From a virus: DNA of 64,000 nt. The stretch lies in IMG/VR virus record IMGVR_UViG_3300032116_000032, positions 72,113 through 136,112 of that record, one strand, 5' to 3'. Below the pieces are notes generated by a model that was not told the origin of the DNA, made no database searches, and saw only the letters and a program-made list of their open reading frames with translations. A program made the position numbers and the translations under genes. Shown here in pieces: positions 18,562 to 27,699 of this stretch. Position 1 is the first letter of the stretch. Each line of letters starts with the position of its first letter.

Positions 18562-19815
18562 TTAACAAATTGCGCCTGTATCTGTAGCGGTAAAGTTAGG
18601 TGAAGTTGACGTTGGAATTGTAATTGAACAAACGTAAACGGATGTATAACCGTTTAATCCACCTGTAGATACTGTTCCATCACACTCGTAGTAGTCATAT
18701 TTAACAAAACTTGGACTATTATTCTCAACGTACCATCTTGTAAGGATACAAGGAGGTAAAGTTGTAGTTGTGGTTGTAGTACTTGTTGATGTTGTGGTCG
18801 TAGTTGGTTGTATATTAGAAAAACAAGCTAAACAAGAACCATCAACTCTTGAACCTATTTCAGTTAATAATACAACTGTGTCAACCCCACTTATGTTTTC
18901 AAACAAACCTTCAAATGTAACACAAGTTTGTTGACCGTTAATTTCTGCAAAATATACGTAATTTTCTAAAGGAGTATTTCCTGAAATTAAAACTAAATCT
19001 GAAGTATAATAATCTACACCATTGAAACAATCACTAAATCTTTTACTATTAGCACATTGAATTACTTCAGTAAACGTATTGAATATAACTTCGCCTGAAA
19101 AATTACAAGGATAGTTAATAGTTGTTGTGGTAGTCGTTGTTGGTGCTATTGTGGTTGTAGTTGTGGTATATGTGACCGCAATAGCCGTAATTGACTTTCC
19201 ACTACAAGGATTAGGAAGTACTGTTGTCGTAGTAGTCGTTGTGGGGGCTGCTGTAGTTGTTGTAGTTGTTGTAGGAACTAAACAATCAAAAATGGCGCTA
19301 AAATCAAATGTAGCACATGGATCCACAGTTGTGGTTGTTGTTACACAAATTCCGGTATACGCTACCGTGTCGTCAAAATCAGGACAATCTGATGTGCTTC
19401 CAAAAGGACCAAACTGATCACATGGGTCACCTAAGTTTTGTGCTAAACACCATCTTGTTTCACCTGTTGAATAAAACATGAAATATCCGGTGGTTTGACC
19501 TGTAAAATAAGATTCACCATCGTAAATTCCTGCTAACTGATAAGTGTCATCATAATTAGTGTCGTTTTCAACACAAAAAAACTGAGGACAAGTACAACCT
19601 GAACTACCAATAATTGTACCTGAACCATCTATATCATATACATCTATACCATCTGAATAGTATGATAGTAATGCTGGACTACTACATATTGAGTCTAAAT
19701 AAACAATGTCACCTACAGTTAAACCACTACCATAAAGAGTAAAACTCAAAGTAGATCCACAGGAACTGTTAGGGTCTGAGGCGGATGAAAATAAACCTAA
19801 ATTATTACAAGACAT
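18562..19815 (-). CDS. Cys-rich virion protein with mucin-like poly-Thr tracts
   Basis: 417-aa ORF with several TTTTT(T) runs separating Cys-rich modules. Confidence 0.6.
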   Translation of the reverse strand: MSCNNLGLFSSASDPNSSCGSTLSFTLYGSGLTVGDIVYLDSICSSPALLSYYSDGIDVYDIDGSGTIIGSSGCTCPQFFCVENDTNYDDTYQLAGIYDGESYFTGQTTGYFMFYSTGETRWCLAQNLGDPCDQFGPFGSTSDCPDFDDTVAYTGICVTTTTTVDPCATFDFSAIFDCLVPTTTTTTTAAPTTTTTTTVLPNPCSGKSITAIAVTYTTTTTTIAPTTTTTTTINYPCNFSGEVIFNTFTEVIQCANSKRFSDCFNGVDYYTSDLVLISGNTPLENYVYFAEINGQQTCVTFEGLFENISGVDTVVLLTEIGSRVDGSCLACFSNIQPTTTTTSTSTTTTTTTLPPCILTRWYVENNSPSFVKYDYYECDGTVSTGGLNGYTSVYVCSITIPTSTSPNFTATDTGAIC

Positions 19816-19816
19816 A

Positions 19817-20038
19817 TTATATCAACAAATTTTCTTCAACCAAACAATTATTACTATCAACTGATTTTACACCTACCGAACCCATACCTTCTAAAATATA
19901 CGGAAGATCAAAAACATATGGGATTTGACCCGATGTTATTGTATCTATGTAAATACAAGTTGTGTAACCTGTATCACATGTGTAAATGTCAAAAGGTGAA
20001 GAACCGCTTAAACCAGTAATTGTAATTTGTGTTGGCAT
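19817..20038 (-). CDS. small Cys-containing virion protein (paralog of 8909-9205)
   Basis: Aligns by eye with the 8909-9205 product; preceded by ATATTTAT. Confidence 0.6.
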   Translation of the reverse strand: MPTQITITGLSGSSPFDIYTCDTGYTTCIYIDTITSGQIPYVFDLPYILEGMGSVGVKSVDSNNCLVEENLLI

Positions 20039-20045
20039 ATCAACA

Positions 20046-20053
20046 ATAAATAT
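20046..20053 (-). promoter_or_regulatory. ATATTTAT upstream motif (putative late promoter)
   Basis: Exact motif on the minus strand 7 nt before the 20038 start. Confidence 0.5.
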
Positions 20054-20113
20054 AAAAGAACATGAAAGTTTGTGTAGTTGATGTATTGAAAGTTTATGAT
20101 TATATTATAGGAG

Positions 20114-21013
20114 ATGGAAGAAAATGAAGCGTTAGTTGAGTTATTGGAGGAAGTTCTTGGTGATCACGGACTTCATTACCCCAATCGGGGACAAATTTCC
20201 TTCAACTGCCCCGTATGTGATGACGGTAGAAATAAACATAATATGGAGGTCAATTACATAGATAATGTCTATAAGTGTTGGTCCTGCGGTGATAGTGAGG
20301 GTACGCACGGAGCATTAGGTAGAATTTTTGATAAATACGGAAATAAAAAACAAAAAAAACTTTATAATGTTCTAAAACCTGAAACCGTTGTAAAGAGAGA
20401 AAAAAAGAAAAAAACGATGAAACTCCCTGAGGGTTTTACGTTGTTCAAAGACTCAAGTCCGGTATATCCTGTGAGAAGACAAGCCATGAATTATCTTAAA
20501 AATCGTGGGATCACAGACGAGATGATAGAAAAGTTTGGTATTGGATTTTGTGATAAAGGGGATCATGCTGGTCGAATTGTAATCCCATCATACAATACAA
20601 AAGGTGAGTTGAATTATTATATTGCGAGAAGTTGGAACCCAATGTCTCGTGCTAAATATAAAAATCCTGAAGCCGAAAAAGACAAAATTATATTTTGGGA
20701 AAATCTAATTGATTGGAACAAAGACATTTATTTGGTGGAAGGTGCGTTCGATGGGTTATTCGTAGATAACCCAATTCCAATGTTAGGTAAACACATGTCA
20801 GAACTTTTGTTTGAGACGATATACAAAAAGGCAAAGGCTGATATAATTATTTGTTTAGATGCTGATGCTTGGGAAAACGCAGTTAAACTATACCACGAAT
20901 TACATGGTGGTGAATTATGGGGTAGAATTAAAATAATAAAACTACCTGACGATAAAGATATTGCCGACCTACGAGGTGAAATAAAAGAAGAATACTATCA
21001 TATTATAAGATAA
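20114..21013 (+). CDS. DNA primase (DnaG-like, Zn-binding + TOPRIM)
   Basis: NCPVCD...YKCWSC zinc site; YLVEGAFD and CLDADA TOPRIM acidic motifs. Confidence 0.9.
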   Translation: MEENEALVELLEEVLGDHGLHYPNRGQISFNCPVCDDGRNKHNMEVNYIDNVYKCWSCGDSEGTHGALGRIFDKYGNKKQKKLYNVLKPETVVKREKKKKTMKLPEGFTLFKDSSPVYPVRRQAMNYLKNRGITDEMIEKFGIGFCDKGDHAGRIVIPSYNTKGELNYYIARSWNPMSRAKYKNPEAEKDKIIFWENLIDWNKDIYLVEGAFDGLFVDNPIPMLGKHMSELLFETIYKKAKADIIICLDADAWENAVKLYHELHGGELWGRIKIIKLPDDKDIADLRGEIKEEYYHIIR

Positions 21014-21876
21014 TGGATTTAAAAAAAATTGCACAAGAAATTAGGGACATCATTTCTGAAAGACAAAAAGAGTTCCAACTTACCTTTGAAGAGGAAAGTC
21101 ACAAATATACAATGTTGGATAAAGATGGAAATTTAAAATCAGATTTTCCATCGGTATCTAAAGTTATGAAAATATTTTATGACGACTTTCCAACGGAACA
21201 AGCGGCGTATAACAAAGCCGGTGGTGATCCTGATGAGGCCGAAAGATTAATGGAAGAGTGGGCGGAAGCCGGTAGAAAATCAACAAACTTGGGATCTCGT
21301 TGTCACTTCTTTTTGGAAGAACATACACTAAAAGAATTTGGAGTTGAGAAAATTGTACGACAACCAATATTTGATTGTGATGCAGAACAGATCATTAAGA
21401 GTGATACTATGATTATGGCTGGTAAGCATTACATAGAACTTCTTAAAGAAAGAGGATGTATATTAATTGATACAGAAATGGTTTTAGGTCATCCTGACTT
21501 AGGTTATACAGGACAACCCGATAAGGTGTGGTTAGTCATTGGAACAAACGGGAATCTTGGTATTTTAATAACGGATTGGAAATCTAACAAACCAAAGAAT
21601 TTTGCGGTTACCCGTTATACTAAAAAAATGAAACAACCATTTGAAGACTTACCTGATAATGCTTTAGGTCACTACAATACCCAGTTACCTTTTTATGGTA
21701 AGTTACTTTTGAAAATGTTAGAAGGAACTAAATATGAAAACATACAACTATTAGGTTGTATTATCGTTTTGATTACTGAAGAAAGAGAGTACCATGAGTA
21801 CCGAGTATCCAAAAAAACGATGAATACTATTTTAGAAATGGACATGAAACAATATTTGACTAAAATTAATAAATAA
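21013..21876 (+). CDS. PD-(D/E)XK exonuclease (RecB/Cas4-like superfamily)
   Basis: SVSKV, LGSRCHFFLE, E-x-L, GQPDKV, ITDWKS and HYNTQLPFY motifs. Confidence 0.8.
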   Translation: MDLKKIAQEIRDIISERQKEFQLTFEEESHKYTMLDKDGNLKSDFPSVSKVMKIFYDDFPTEQAAYNKAGGDPDEAERLMEEWAEAGRKSTNLGSRCHFFLEEHTLKEFGVEKIVRQPIFDCDAEQIIKSDTMIMAGKHYIELLKERGCILIDTEMVLGHPDLGYTGQPDKVWLVIGTNGNLGILITDWKSNKPKNFAVTRYTKKMKQPFEDLPDNALGHYNTQLPFYGKLLLKMLEGTKYENIQLLGCIIVLITEEREYHEYRVSKKTMNTILEMDMKQYLTKINK

Positions 21877-21889
21877 ACTATTATTGAGT

Positions 21890-21982
21890 ATGACACTAAC
21901 AATAACACCTACTTGGGTAACAACAACTAGTTGGGACCAATTATTACCTATTAAAGTAAAAATAAACTATATTATAAAATAA
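21890..21982 (+). CDS. possible 30-aa small protein (not in ORF track)
   Basis: MTLTITPTWVTTTSWDQLLPIKVKINYIIK fills the gap and ends 2 nt before the next ATG. Confidence 0.35.
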   Translation: MTLTITPTWVTTTSWDQLLPIKVKINYIIK

Positions 21983-21984
21983 AA

Positions 21985-22200
21985 ATGGACGATATTATTA
22001 AACCAAAGATTGATCTTAGACAACAACAGACAATCAAATGTGAAAAATGCGAGTCAAAGTTCTTCAAAGAAGTAACAATGCTTAAGAAAGTACCTAAATT
22101 ATTAACAGGAAGTCACGAAGACACAATTGTACCATTCCCAACTTATATGTGTAATGAGTGTGGTCACGTAAACGAAGACTTTGAATTATTCATAGACTAA
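21985..22200 (+). CDS. zinc-ribbon protein
   Basis: CEKC...CNECGH Cys pairs. Confidence 0.7.
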   Translation: MDDIIKPKIDLRQQQTIKCEKCESKFFKEVTMLKKVPKLLTGSHEDTIVPFPTYMCNECGHVNEDFELFID

Positions 22201-22346
22201 TGGAAATAGGTAAAATGACTATCAGTGAAGCAGAACCATACTTAGAAAGTATTGCAATGCTTTATGGATTAAACTTGGGTAAAGTTAAACACTTCAAATT
22301 TGCAAGAATGATTTTGGCAACCCTTTATTGTAGAGAAAACGCATGA
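22200..22346 (+). CDS. 48-aa hypothetical protein (not in ORF track)
   Basis: MEIGKMTISEAEPYLESIAMLYGLNL...RENA; TAATG and ATGA overlaps with both neighbours. Confidence 0.6.
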   Translation: MEIGKMTISEAEPYLESIAMLYGLNLGKVKHFKFARMILATLYCRENA

Positions 22347-22585
22347 CATACAAAGAATTTTACTATTGGTTAGATGGTTATTTGACCAATAAGCTTGAAA
22401 GTGAAAAACTAAATATCGCACCTATAATTGAAAAGATGGGTCAAGTAAAAGAGGAAAGAACTAAAAGCGATTTATTACCTTTCCAACACATACCAGTACC
22501 GATTAATCCATTCCCCGTCCAAGATGATCCCTACAGACCACCATACGAAGTATATTGCGGAGACAAAACACAATTGAATGATTAA
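22343..22585 (+). CDS. hypothetical protein
   Basis: 80-aa ORF coupled in the operon. Confidence 0.6.
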   Translation: MTYKEFYYWLDGYLTNKLESEKLNIAPIIEKMGQVKEERTKSDLLPFQHIPVPINPFPVQDDPYRPPYEVYCGDKTQLND

Positions 22586-23357
22586 GAAACTTATACACTT
22601 TTCAGACTTACATATCCGTCTTTTTAAAGACCACGATTTGTATAAATCAATTTTGGAAACTGCCATTGAACAATGGAAAGAGTTGAAGCCAGAACGCATC
22701 GTGTTCACGGGTGATTTAGTTCATTCTAAAAACCAAATGACACCTGAACTTATTGAGATGGTTAGATGGTTATTAACAGAATGTTCTTCTGTTGCTAAAA
22801 CAATTATTATTCCAGGTAACCACGACTTCTTGGTTAATAACACAGAAAGATTGGATGCTCTTTCACCTATCATTAATTCACTGAATAGTGAAAACATCGT
22901 CTATTACAAAGACAGAGGAGTTTATGAAGACGAAAACATCAGTTGGTGTGTGTATTCACAATATCAAGGTAATATTCCGCCTGAAATTACTGAAGCGAAA
23001 GGTAAAAGAATTGGATTATTTCACGGACCAATTCAGGGAATGAAAACAGATCTTGGGTTTGACTTTGGTGAGGAGGCATATGACGTTGAAAAGTTCGATG
23101 GGTTAGAAACCGTGTTATGTGGAGACATTCACAAAAGACAAGAATTCAAATTCAAAACCGGTAAAGGTTATATGATTGGGAGTCCAATCCAACAAAATAT
23201 TGGTGAGAGTATTGGACGACACGGTTATGGGATCTACAATGTTGAAAGTCAAGAATATTCTTATGTAGATCTACCAAACCCAAAACCATTTCTAAAGTTC
23301 TCCATAAAATCATTTGAAGATATTGAAAATGGAACCGAAAAACTCCAAAATATTTAG
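22578..23357 (+). CDS. Mre11/SbcD (T4 gp47)-like metallophosphoesterase nuclease, C-terminally short
   Basis: HFSDLH, FTGDLVH, IPGNHD, LFHG and LCGDIH motifs; YMIGSPIQQN..E. Confidence 0.88.
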   Translation: MIKKLIHFSDLHIRLFKDHDLYKSILETAIEQWKELKPERIVFTGDLVHSKNQMTPELIEMVRWLLTECSSVAKTIIIPGNHDFLVNNTERLDALSPIINSLNSENIVYYKDRGVYEDENISWCVYSQYQGNIPPEITEAKGKRIGLFHGPIQGMKTDLGFDFGEEAYDVEKFDGLETVLCGDIHKRQEFKFKTGKGYMIGSPIQQNIGESIGRHGYGIYNVESQEYSYVDLPNPKPFLKFSIKSFEDIENGTEKLQNI

Positions 23358-24048
23358 TAAGGAAATGATGCAGGCGGTGTCTGCATTTTGTGAATCCAAA
23401 GAAATTAAGGATGTGGATAATTTCATTTACCTTTGTTTTAAACAAGGATTTGATATCAGAAAATATGGTCTTTTGGAAAAAACACTTAATGAAGGTGAAA
23501 AAGACTTAAAAACGGGTGAAGTTCAGGAAAAACGAGTGGAAATAGAGGTAATAAAAGAAATACGGGTGGAAGTTCCTGTCGAAGTTATTAAAGAAGTTGA
23601 GGTTATTAAAGAGGTTGAAAAGATTGTTGAAATACCTATTGAGGTAATCAAGGAAGTTGAGAAAATAATCCACACCTCTGATGATACTCAAGTAAATGAA
23701 CTGTTGTCAAAAATAGAACAGTTAAACGGAGAAATTTCGATTAAAACTACCGAAATTGGCAGAATTAGAGAAGAATTTTCCATTAAAACGGAAGAAATGG
23801 AAAATATTTTCCAAAATAAAATGTCTGAAAAGGATGAAGATTTAGACGAACTTAGACAAAAGTTAGACATTCTCGTAACAAATGATAAGACAAAAATGTT
23901 ACAAGAAACACTCCAAAACTTAAGAAGTGAGTTACAACAAAAGAACGAACAAATAAGAGAATTGGAAAAAATAAACCGAGAACTTCTTAACGGTAATCAA
24001 AATCAAGCTTACCTTTTGAGGGGATCAAATTTAAATAGACGAGTATGA
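23314..24048 (+). CDS. coiled-coil protein with EVPVEV/EKIVE repeats
   Basis: VEVPVEVIKEVEVIKEVEKIVEIPIEVIKEVEK followed by a long heptad region; the start may be at 23329. Confidence 0.65.
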   Translation: MKILKMEPKNSKIFSKEMMQAVSAFCESKEIKDVDNFIYLCFKQGFDIRKYGLLEKTLNEGEKDLKTGEVQEKRVEIEVIKEIRVEVPVEVIKEVEVIKEVEKIVEIPIEVIKEVEKIIHTSDDTQVNELLSKIEQLNGEISIKTTEIGRIREEFSIKTEEMENIFQNKMSEKDEDLDELRQKLDILVTNDKTKMLQETLQNLRSELQQKNEQIRELEKINRELLNGNQNQAYLLRGSNLNRRV

Positions 24049-24401
24049 TAATTTTAATGTGGATGATTGCGGCCTATGGGATGACCAATATTTTGGTTTA
24101 CGGATCAATCTTCAACGGATTAAGAAATTGGATCCATAATAACGCACAACCTAATGTTGGATTGACTATTTTTAGACCAGTATTTGAATTCATTTCAAAC
24201 TTAATAAAATGTGTACTTTGCACATCAACATGGGTAGGATTCTTTTTATCGTTAACATTGTTTGCACCTTGGCATGAAATAATTGGACTTAATAAATATA
24301 TTTCTATATTTTTTGATGGAATGTTATCGGCAGGTGCCGTATGGGCGATTAATAGTGTAATCGAATGGTTTGAAGAAAATAGACCAAATAATAATAATTA
24401 A
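24045..24401 (+). CDS. membrane protein (CxxC, 2-3 TM; DUF1360-like)
   Basis: Hydrophobic segments flanking LIKCVLCTSTWVG. Confidence 0.6.
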   Translation: MIILMWMIAAYGMTNILVYGSIFNGLRNWIHNNAQPNVGLTIFRPVFEFISNLIKCVLCTSTWVGFFLSLTLFAPWHEIIGLNKYISIFFDGMLSAGAVWAINSVIEWFEENRPNNNN

Positions 24402-24413
24402 CTAAAAGTAAAA

Positions 24414-24731
24414 ATGGGAAAAGCGGCAAAAGAACACAGAAAGAAAGTTGCAAAACGAAATGCAAAAATTAAACAAGAAAAGGCTGGCATGCAAAAAGCT
24501 TTTGATATGTTACTACAACAACAATTGGAAAAATTGAAAAATGATGAAATGACTGCAATGGTGGGAGATCAAGAAGTTAAAATGGAATTAGTTGAAGATA
24601 AAATAGTTGACCATGCATTCAAGTTCACTCCTAATGAAGAGGAGTCTGCAAAAATCAACAAAGAATTTGAACCTGAATATGATAGTGCGGGATATACAAT
24701 CGAAGATAGAGAGTTACCAACAGAAGAATAA
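24414..24731 (+). CDS. hypothetical protein
   Basis: 105-aa ORF with basic N-terminus and acidic C-terminus. Confidence 0.6.
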   Translation: MGKAAKEHRKKVAKRNAKIKQEKAGMQKAFDMLLQQQLEKLKNDEMTAMVGDQEVKMELVEDKIVDHAFKFTPNEEESAKINKEFEPEYDSAGYTIEDRELPTEE

Positions 24732-24733
24732 AA

Positions 24734-27106
24734 ATGGATCTTTTTAATCCGCCAAAATTATTTAACTACAATATTATGATAAAAGACTTGGACTTTTCTA
24801 CGTTTGAAAACCCAATTATACAAGTTGTTTGGGAAGATTTACCAGAAAACTTCACACAGGATAAACTCAAAAGTGTAAAACATTACTTCTCAAAAAAGTA
24901 TAACACAACGAATGTAAATGTGTTAACAAAGGCAAAAAACGTTGAAACCGAAACGATGCAAAGTATTGATGTTTCGGTAAATATTAACGATGCTCAGTAC
25001 CAACTTGAACTAATCACAAACTATCTAAAGTCAAAAGGGCACGAAGATAAAAGTGAGGATATATTAGCTATTAATAGAATGGTTGAGAATAGAATGTCTG
25101 GGGACGAAGAAAACCAAGCTCAATTTAAAAAGTGGTATATTCGAAACATTGAGTTCTCAAACTTTTTATCATATGGAGAAAATCAAAGATTAGACTTTGA
25201 TAAGTTAAATGGGATTGTGGTGGTTGAGTCTGATCCACCAAACTTTGGGGGGAAAACGGTTCTTACCGTTGACCTCCTAATGTTTTTATTCTTTAATGAA
25301 ACGACAAAAACAACCAAAGCCGAGGAGATCTTCAACCGATTTTCAAATAAAGACAAAGTTCACGTTAAAGGTGAAATTACAATTGATGGTGAAGATTATG
25401 TTATTATAAGAAACATTGAAAGAAAGTTATCTAAGAAAGGTGATTGGAACGTTAAAACAGAATTGGACTTCTTCAAAAAATTATCGGACGGTACCTTATT
25501 AAATTTTACTGGTGAACAAAGAAGAGAAACAGAAGCCTTCATTAAGAATTCAATTGGAACCAAAGAGGACTTCTTAATGACAATTCTAACAACAGGATCA
25601 AATCTTGAAGAGTTGTTAGAGTCAAAACCAACGGCAAGAGGCCAGGTTTTGTCACGTTTTATGGGACTTGAGTTTTTGAAAAGAAAAGAAGAAGTTGCAA
25701 AAGAAATCTACTCCGAGTTTTCAAAACAAAAAATTTCCAACATTTATTCATCAGAGCAATTAAAGACTGATATTGAAACGTATCAAAACTCAATTTCTGA
25801 ATTACAAAATCAAATTAAGGAAAGTAAATTAAAATTGGTTGAGACTGATGAAGCGATAACAAAAGGTAAAACATATCGTGATGATATGTTAAAGAAAAAA
25901 CACACAAACATTGATCAAGAATTGAGTTTGTTAAACCCTGAAAAAACCAAAGATGAAATTAAAGAAATTGAACGTGAGAAATCGGGATATCTTGCAAAAA
26001 TATCCGAAATCAAAGTTGTTGAACCTTCTAAATTCTATGAAGAAGAAATCCATGACAAGGTTAAAGAAGAGATCAACATTCTTTACAAAGAGATCGTTAA
26101 AGTTGATACAGAAATTGCGTCAATTAACAAATTAAAATCTTCAGTTGAAGGTGGAATCAAATGTGAACACTGTGGAATTGAGTTGATGAATGCTGCTATT
26201 ACAAATGCCAAAATTGCCGAATTAGATGGATTTATCGTGCAAAAAACCACAAAAACAACACTTATGACGGATTTATCCGACAAAGAAAAAAGTTTTGTAC
26301 AACTCAAAAAAGAGTTTGACGAATATGAAAAAAACAAGTTGGTTAAAGAAAAGTATGAGATTTCTGTTGAAAGTTGTGACCTTAAGATTGGGTCGTTAAG
26401 TGATAAGATCAAAAGATGGGAGGAAATTCAAGATAAAATCCAAGAAAATCAAAAAATCGAAGCTCAGTTAATAAAGGCCGACGTGAGATTAGATGAGTTG
26501 GAAAATCAAAGAAGAACGATTAATAATTCAATCACAACAAACGAGGGATCAATTAAATCTATTGAGGAAAAGATTGATATTAACCAAAAGAAAATTGTTA
26601 CAATTAAAGAGGAAGAAGAAAAAGAAAAGATATATAAGATCTACTTGGAACTTTATGGTAAGAACGGTATATCAAAAATAATTATGAAAACAATGATGCC
26701 ATTAATCAATTCTGAATTACAAAGATTGATGGAAGACTCATGTTATTTCAAATTGGAAATTCGTATTAATGAAAAGAATGAGGTTGAATTTATTATGACT
26801 GATAATGCAACTGGTGTTGAGAAATTAATGACTTCAGGTTCAGGTTTTGAAAAAACAATTTCTTCATTAGCTTTGAGATCAGTTCTTACTAAGATTGCAA
26901 GTTTACCCAAACCAAATCTTGTTGTTCTTGATGAGGTGTTTGGAAAAATTGCTAATGACAACTTAGAGATGGTTTATGAATTCTTCACAAAAATTAAAGA
27001 TTATTTTGAAAAGATCTTTGTAATAAGTCACAACTCAATAGTATCAACTTGGGGTGATCATGTTGTAAAAATTAAGAAAGAAAACAATTTGTCAAAAGTT
27101 TTATAG
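24734..27106 (+). CDS. Rad50/SbcC (T4 gp46)-like SMC ATPase with N-terminal extension
   Basis: IEFSNFLSYG, Walker A NFGGKT, coiled coils with CEHC zinc hook, signature TSGSGFE, Walker B VVLDEVF and H-loop VISH. Confidence 0.92.
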   Translation: MDLFNPPKLFNYNIMIKDLDFSTFENPIIQVVWEDLPENFTQDKLKSVKHYFSKKYNTTNVNVLTKAKNVETETMQSIDVSVNINDAQYQLELITNYLKSKGHEDKSEDILAINRMVENRMSGDEENQAQFKKWYIRNIEFSNFLSYGENQRLDFDKLNGIVVVESDPPNFGGKTVLTVDLLMFLFFNETTKTTKAEEIFNRFSNKDKVHVKGEITIDGEDYVIIRNIERKLSKKGDWNVKTELDFFKKLSDGTLLNFTGEQRRETEAFIKNSIGTKEDFLMTILTTGSNLEELLESKPTARGQVLSRFMGLEFLKRKEEVAKEIYSEFSKQKISNIYSSEQLKTDIETYQNSISELQNQIKESKLKLVETDEAITKGKTYRDDMLKKKHTNIDQELSLLNPEKTKDEIKEIEREKSGYLAKISEIKVVEPSKFYEEEIHDKVKEEINILYKEIVKVDTEIASINKLKSSVEGGIKCEHCGIELMNAAITNAKIAELDGFIVQKTTKTTLMTDLSDKEKSFVQLKKEFDEYEKNKLVKEKYEISVESCDLKIGSLSDKIKRWEEIQDKIQENQKIEAQLIKADVRLDELENQRRTINNSITTNEGSIKSIEEKIDINQKKIVTIKEEEEKEKIYKIYLELYGKNGISKIIMKTMMPLINSELQRLMEDSCYFKLEIRINEKNEVEFIMTDNATGVEKLMTSGSGFEKTISSLALRSVLTKIASLPKPNLVVLDEVFGKIANDNLEMVYEFFTKIKDYFEKIFVISHNSIVSTWGDHVVKIKKENNLSKVL

Positions 27107-27136
27107 AATTTTTAAAACTAATTAGAATTTTATCAG

Positions 27137-27144
27137 TATATTTG
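27137..27144 (+). promoter_or_regulatory. Bacteroidota-type -7 promoter element TAnnTTTG
   Basis: TATATTTG 21 nt before the 27166 start, upstream of the sigma operon. Confidence 0.6.
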
Positions 27145-27165
27145 TAGAACAATTAAAACACACAA

Positions 27166-27690
27166 ATGAACTACTTACTTTTTGTATATTATAATTCTGA
27201 AGTAGAAAATTCAGAAGAAAAAACACAAGAAATCGGAACACAACTTGCAGAACATATGACTAGTGGTCAGGTTAAATTTATGTATGGAGATCGACATGCA
27301 ATCTTCCATTTTGGATGTAAAAGTGATTTTAAAGATGTTGCTGATGTAGTATTCTTTATTTCCGAAGAAATACCGGGATTTGAATATCTTTTAACAAAAA
27401 AAGGTAGAGACCACAGTTCAAACTTTGATGAAGACAACCTTGAGCACTTAATGTCGTTAAAGAACACCACACCGAAGAAACATAAACCAGCGGCACCAAA
27501 ATTAAGAACAAAAAATCTTGGTGATGGTGAAACGTTTTTGGATATTGCAGATCTTATTTTAAATCTAAAAAGAAAAGAAGTTTGTAATATGACTTTGGAC
27601 GAACTATTAGATAAAATTAGTACTCAAGGTATGAATTCATTATCTGAAGTTGAAAAACAAAAGTTAGACGAATACTCAAAATCACTTTAA
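27166..27690 (+). CDS. hypothetical protein with C-terminal DUF6576-like motif
   Basis: TLDELLDKISTQGMNSLSEVEKQKLDEYS resembles the LD.ILDKIS.SG..SLT..EK..L motif on Bacteroidota rhomboids. Confidence 0.55.
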   Translation: MNYLLFVYYNSEVENSEEKTQEIGTQLAEHMTSGQVKFMYGDRHAIFHFGCKSDFKDVADVVFFISEEIPGFEYLLTKKGRDHSSNFDEDNLEHLMSLKNTTPKKHKPAAPKLRTKNLGDGETFLDIADLILNLKRKEVCNMTLDELLDKISTQGMNSLSEVEKQKLDEYSKSL

Positions 27691-27699
27691 CAAACATAT

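Noticed and set aside
19127-19417. Val-rich ORFs (19127-19417 +, 41161-41427 -, 29580-29804 -, 58206-58442 -)
   Set aside because: Antisense read-outs of poly-Thr, EVP or PN repeats in real genes on the other strand.
21013-21876. Cas4-like nuclease suggesting a CRISPR system
   Set aside because: No array or other cas genes, no Fe-S Cys cluster, and the context is primase/replication.
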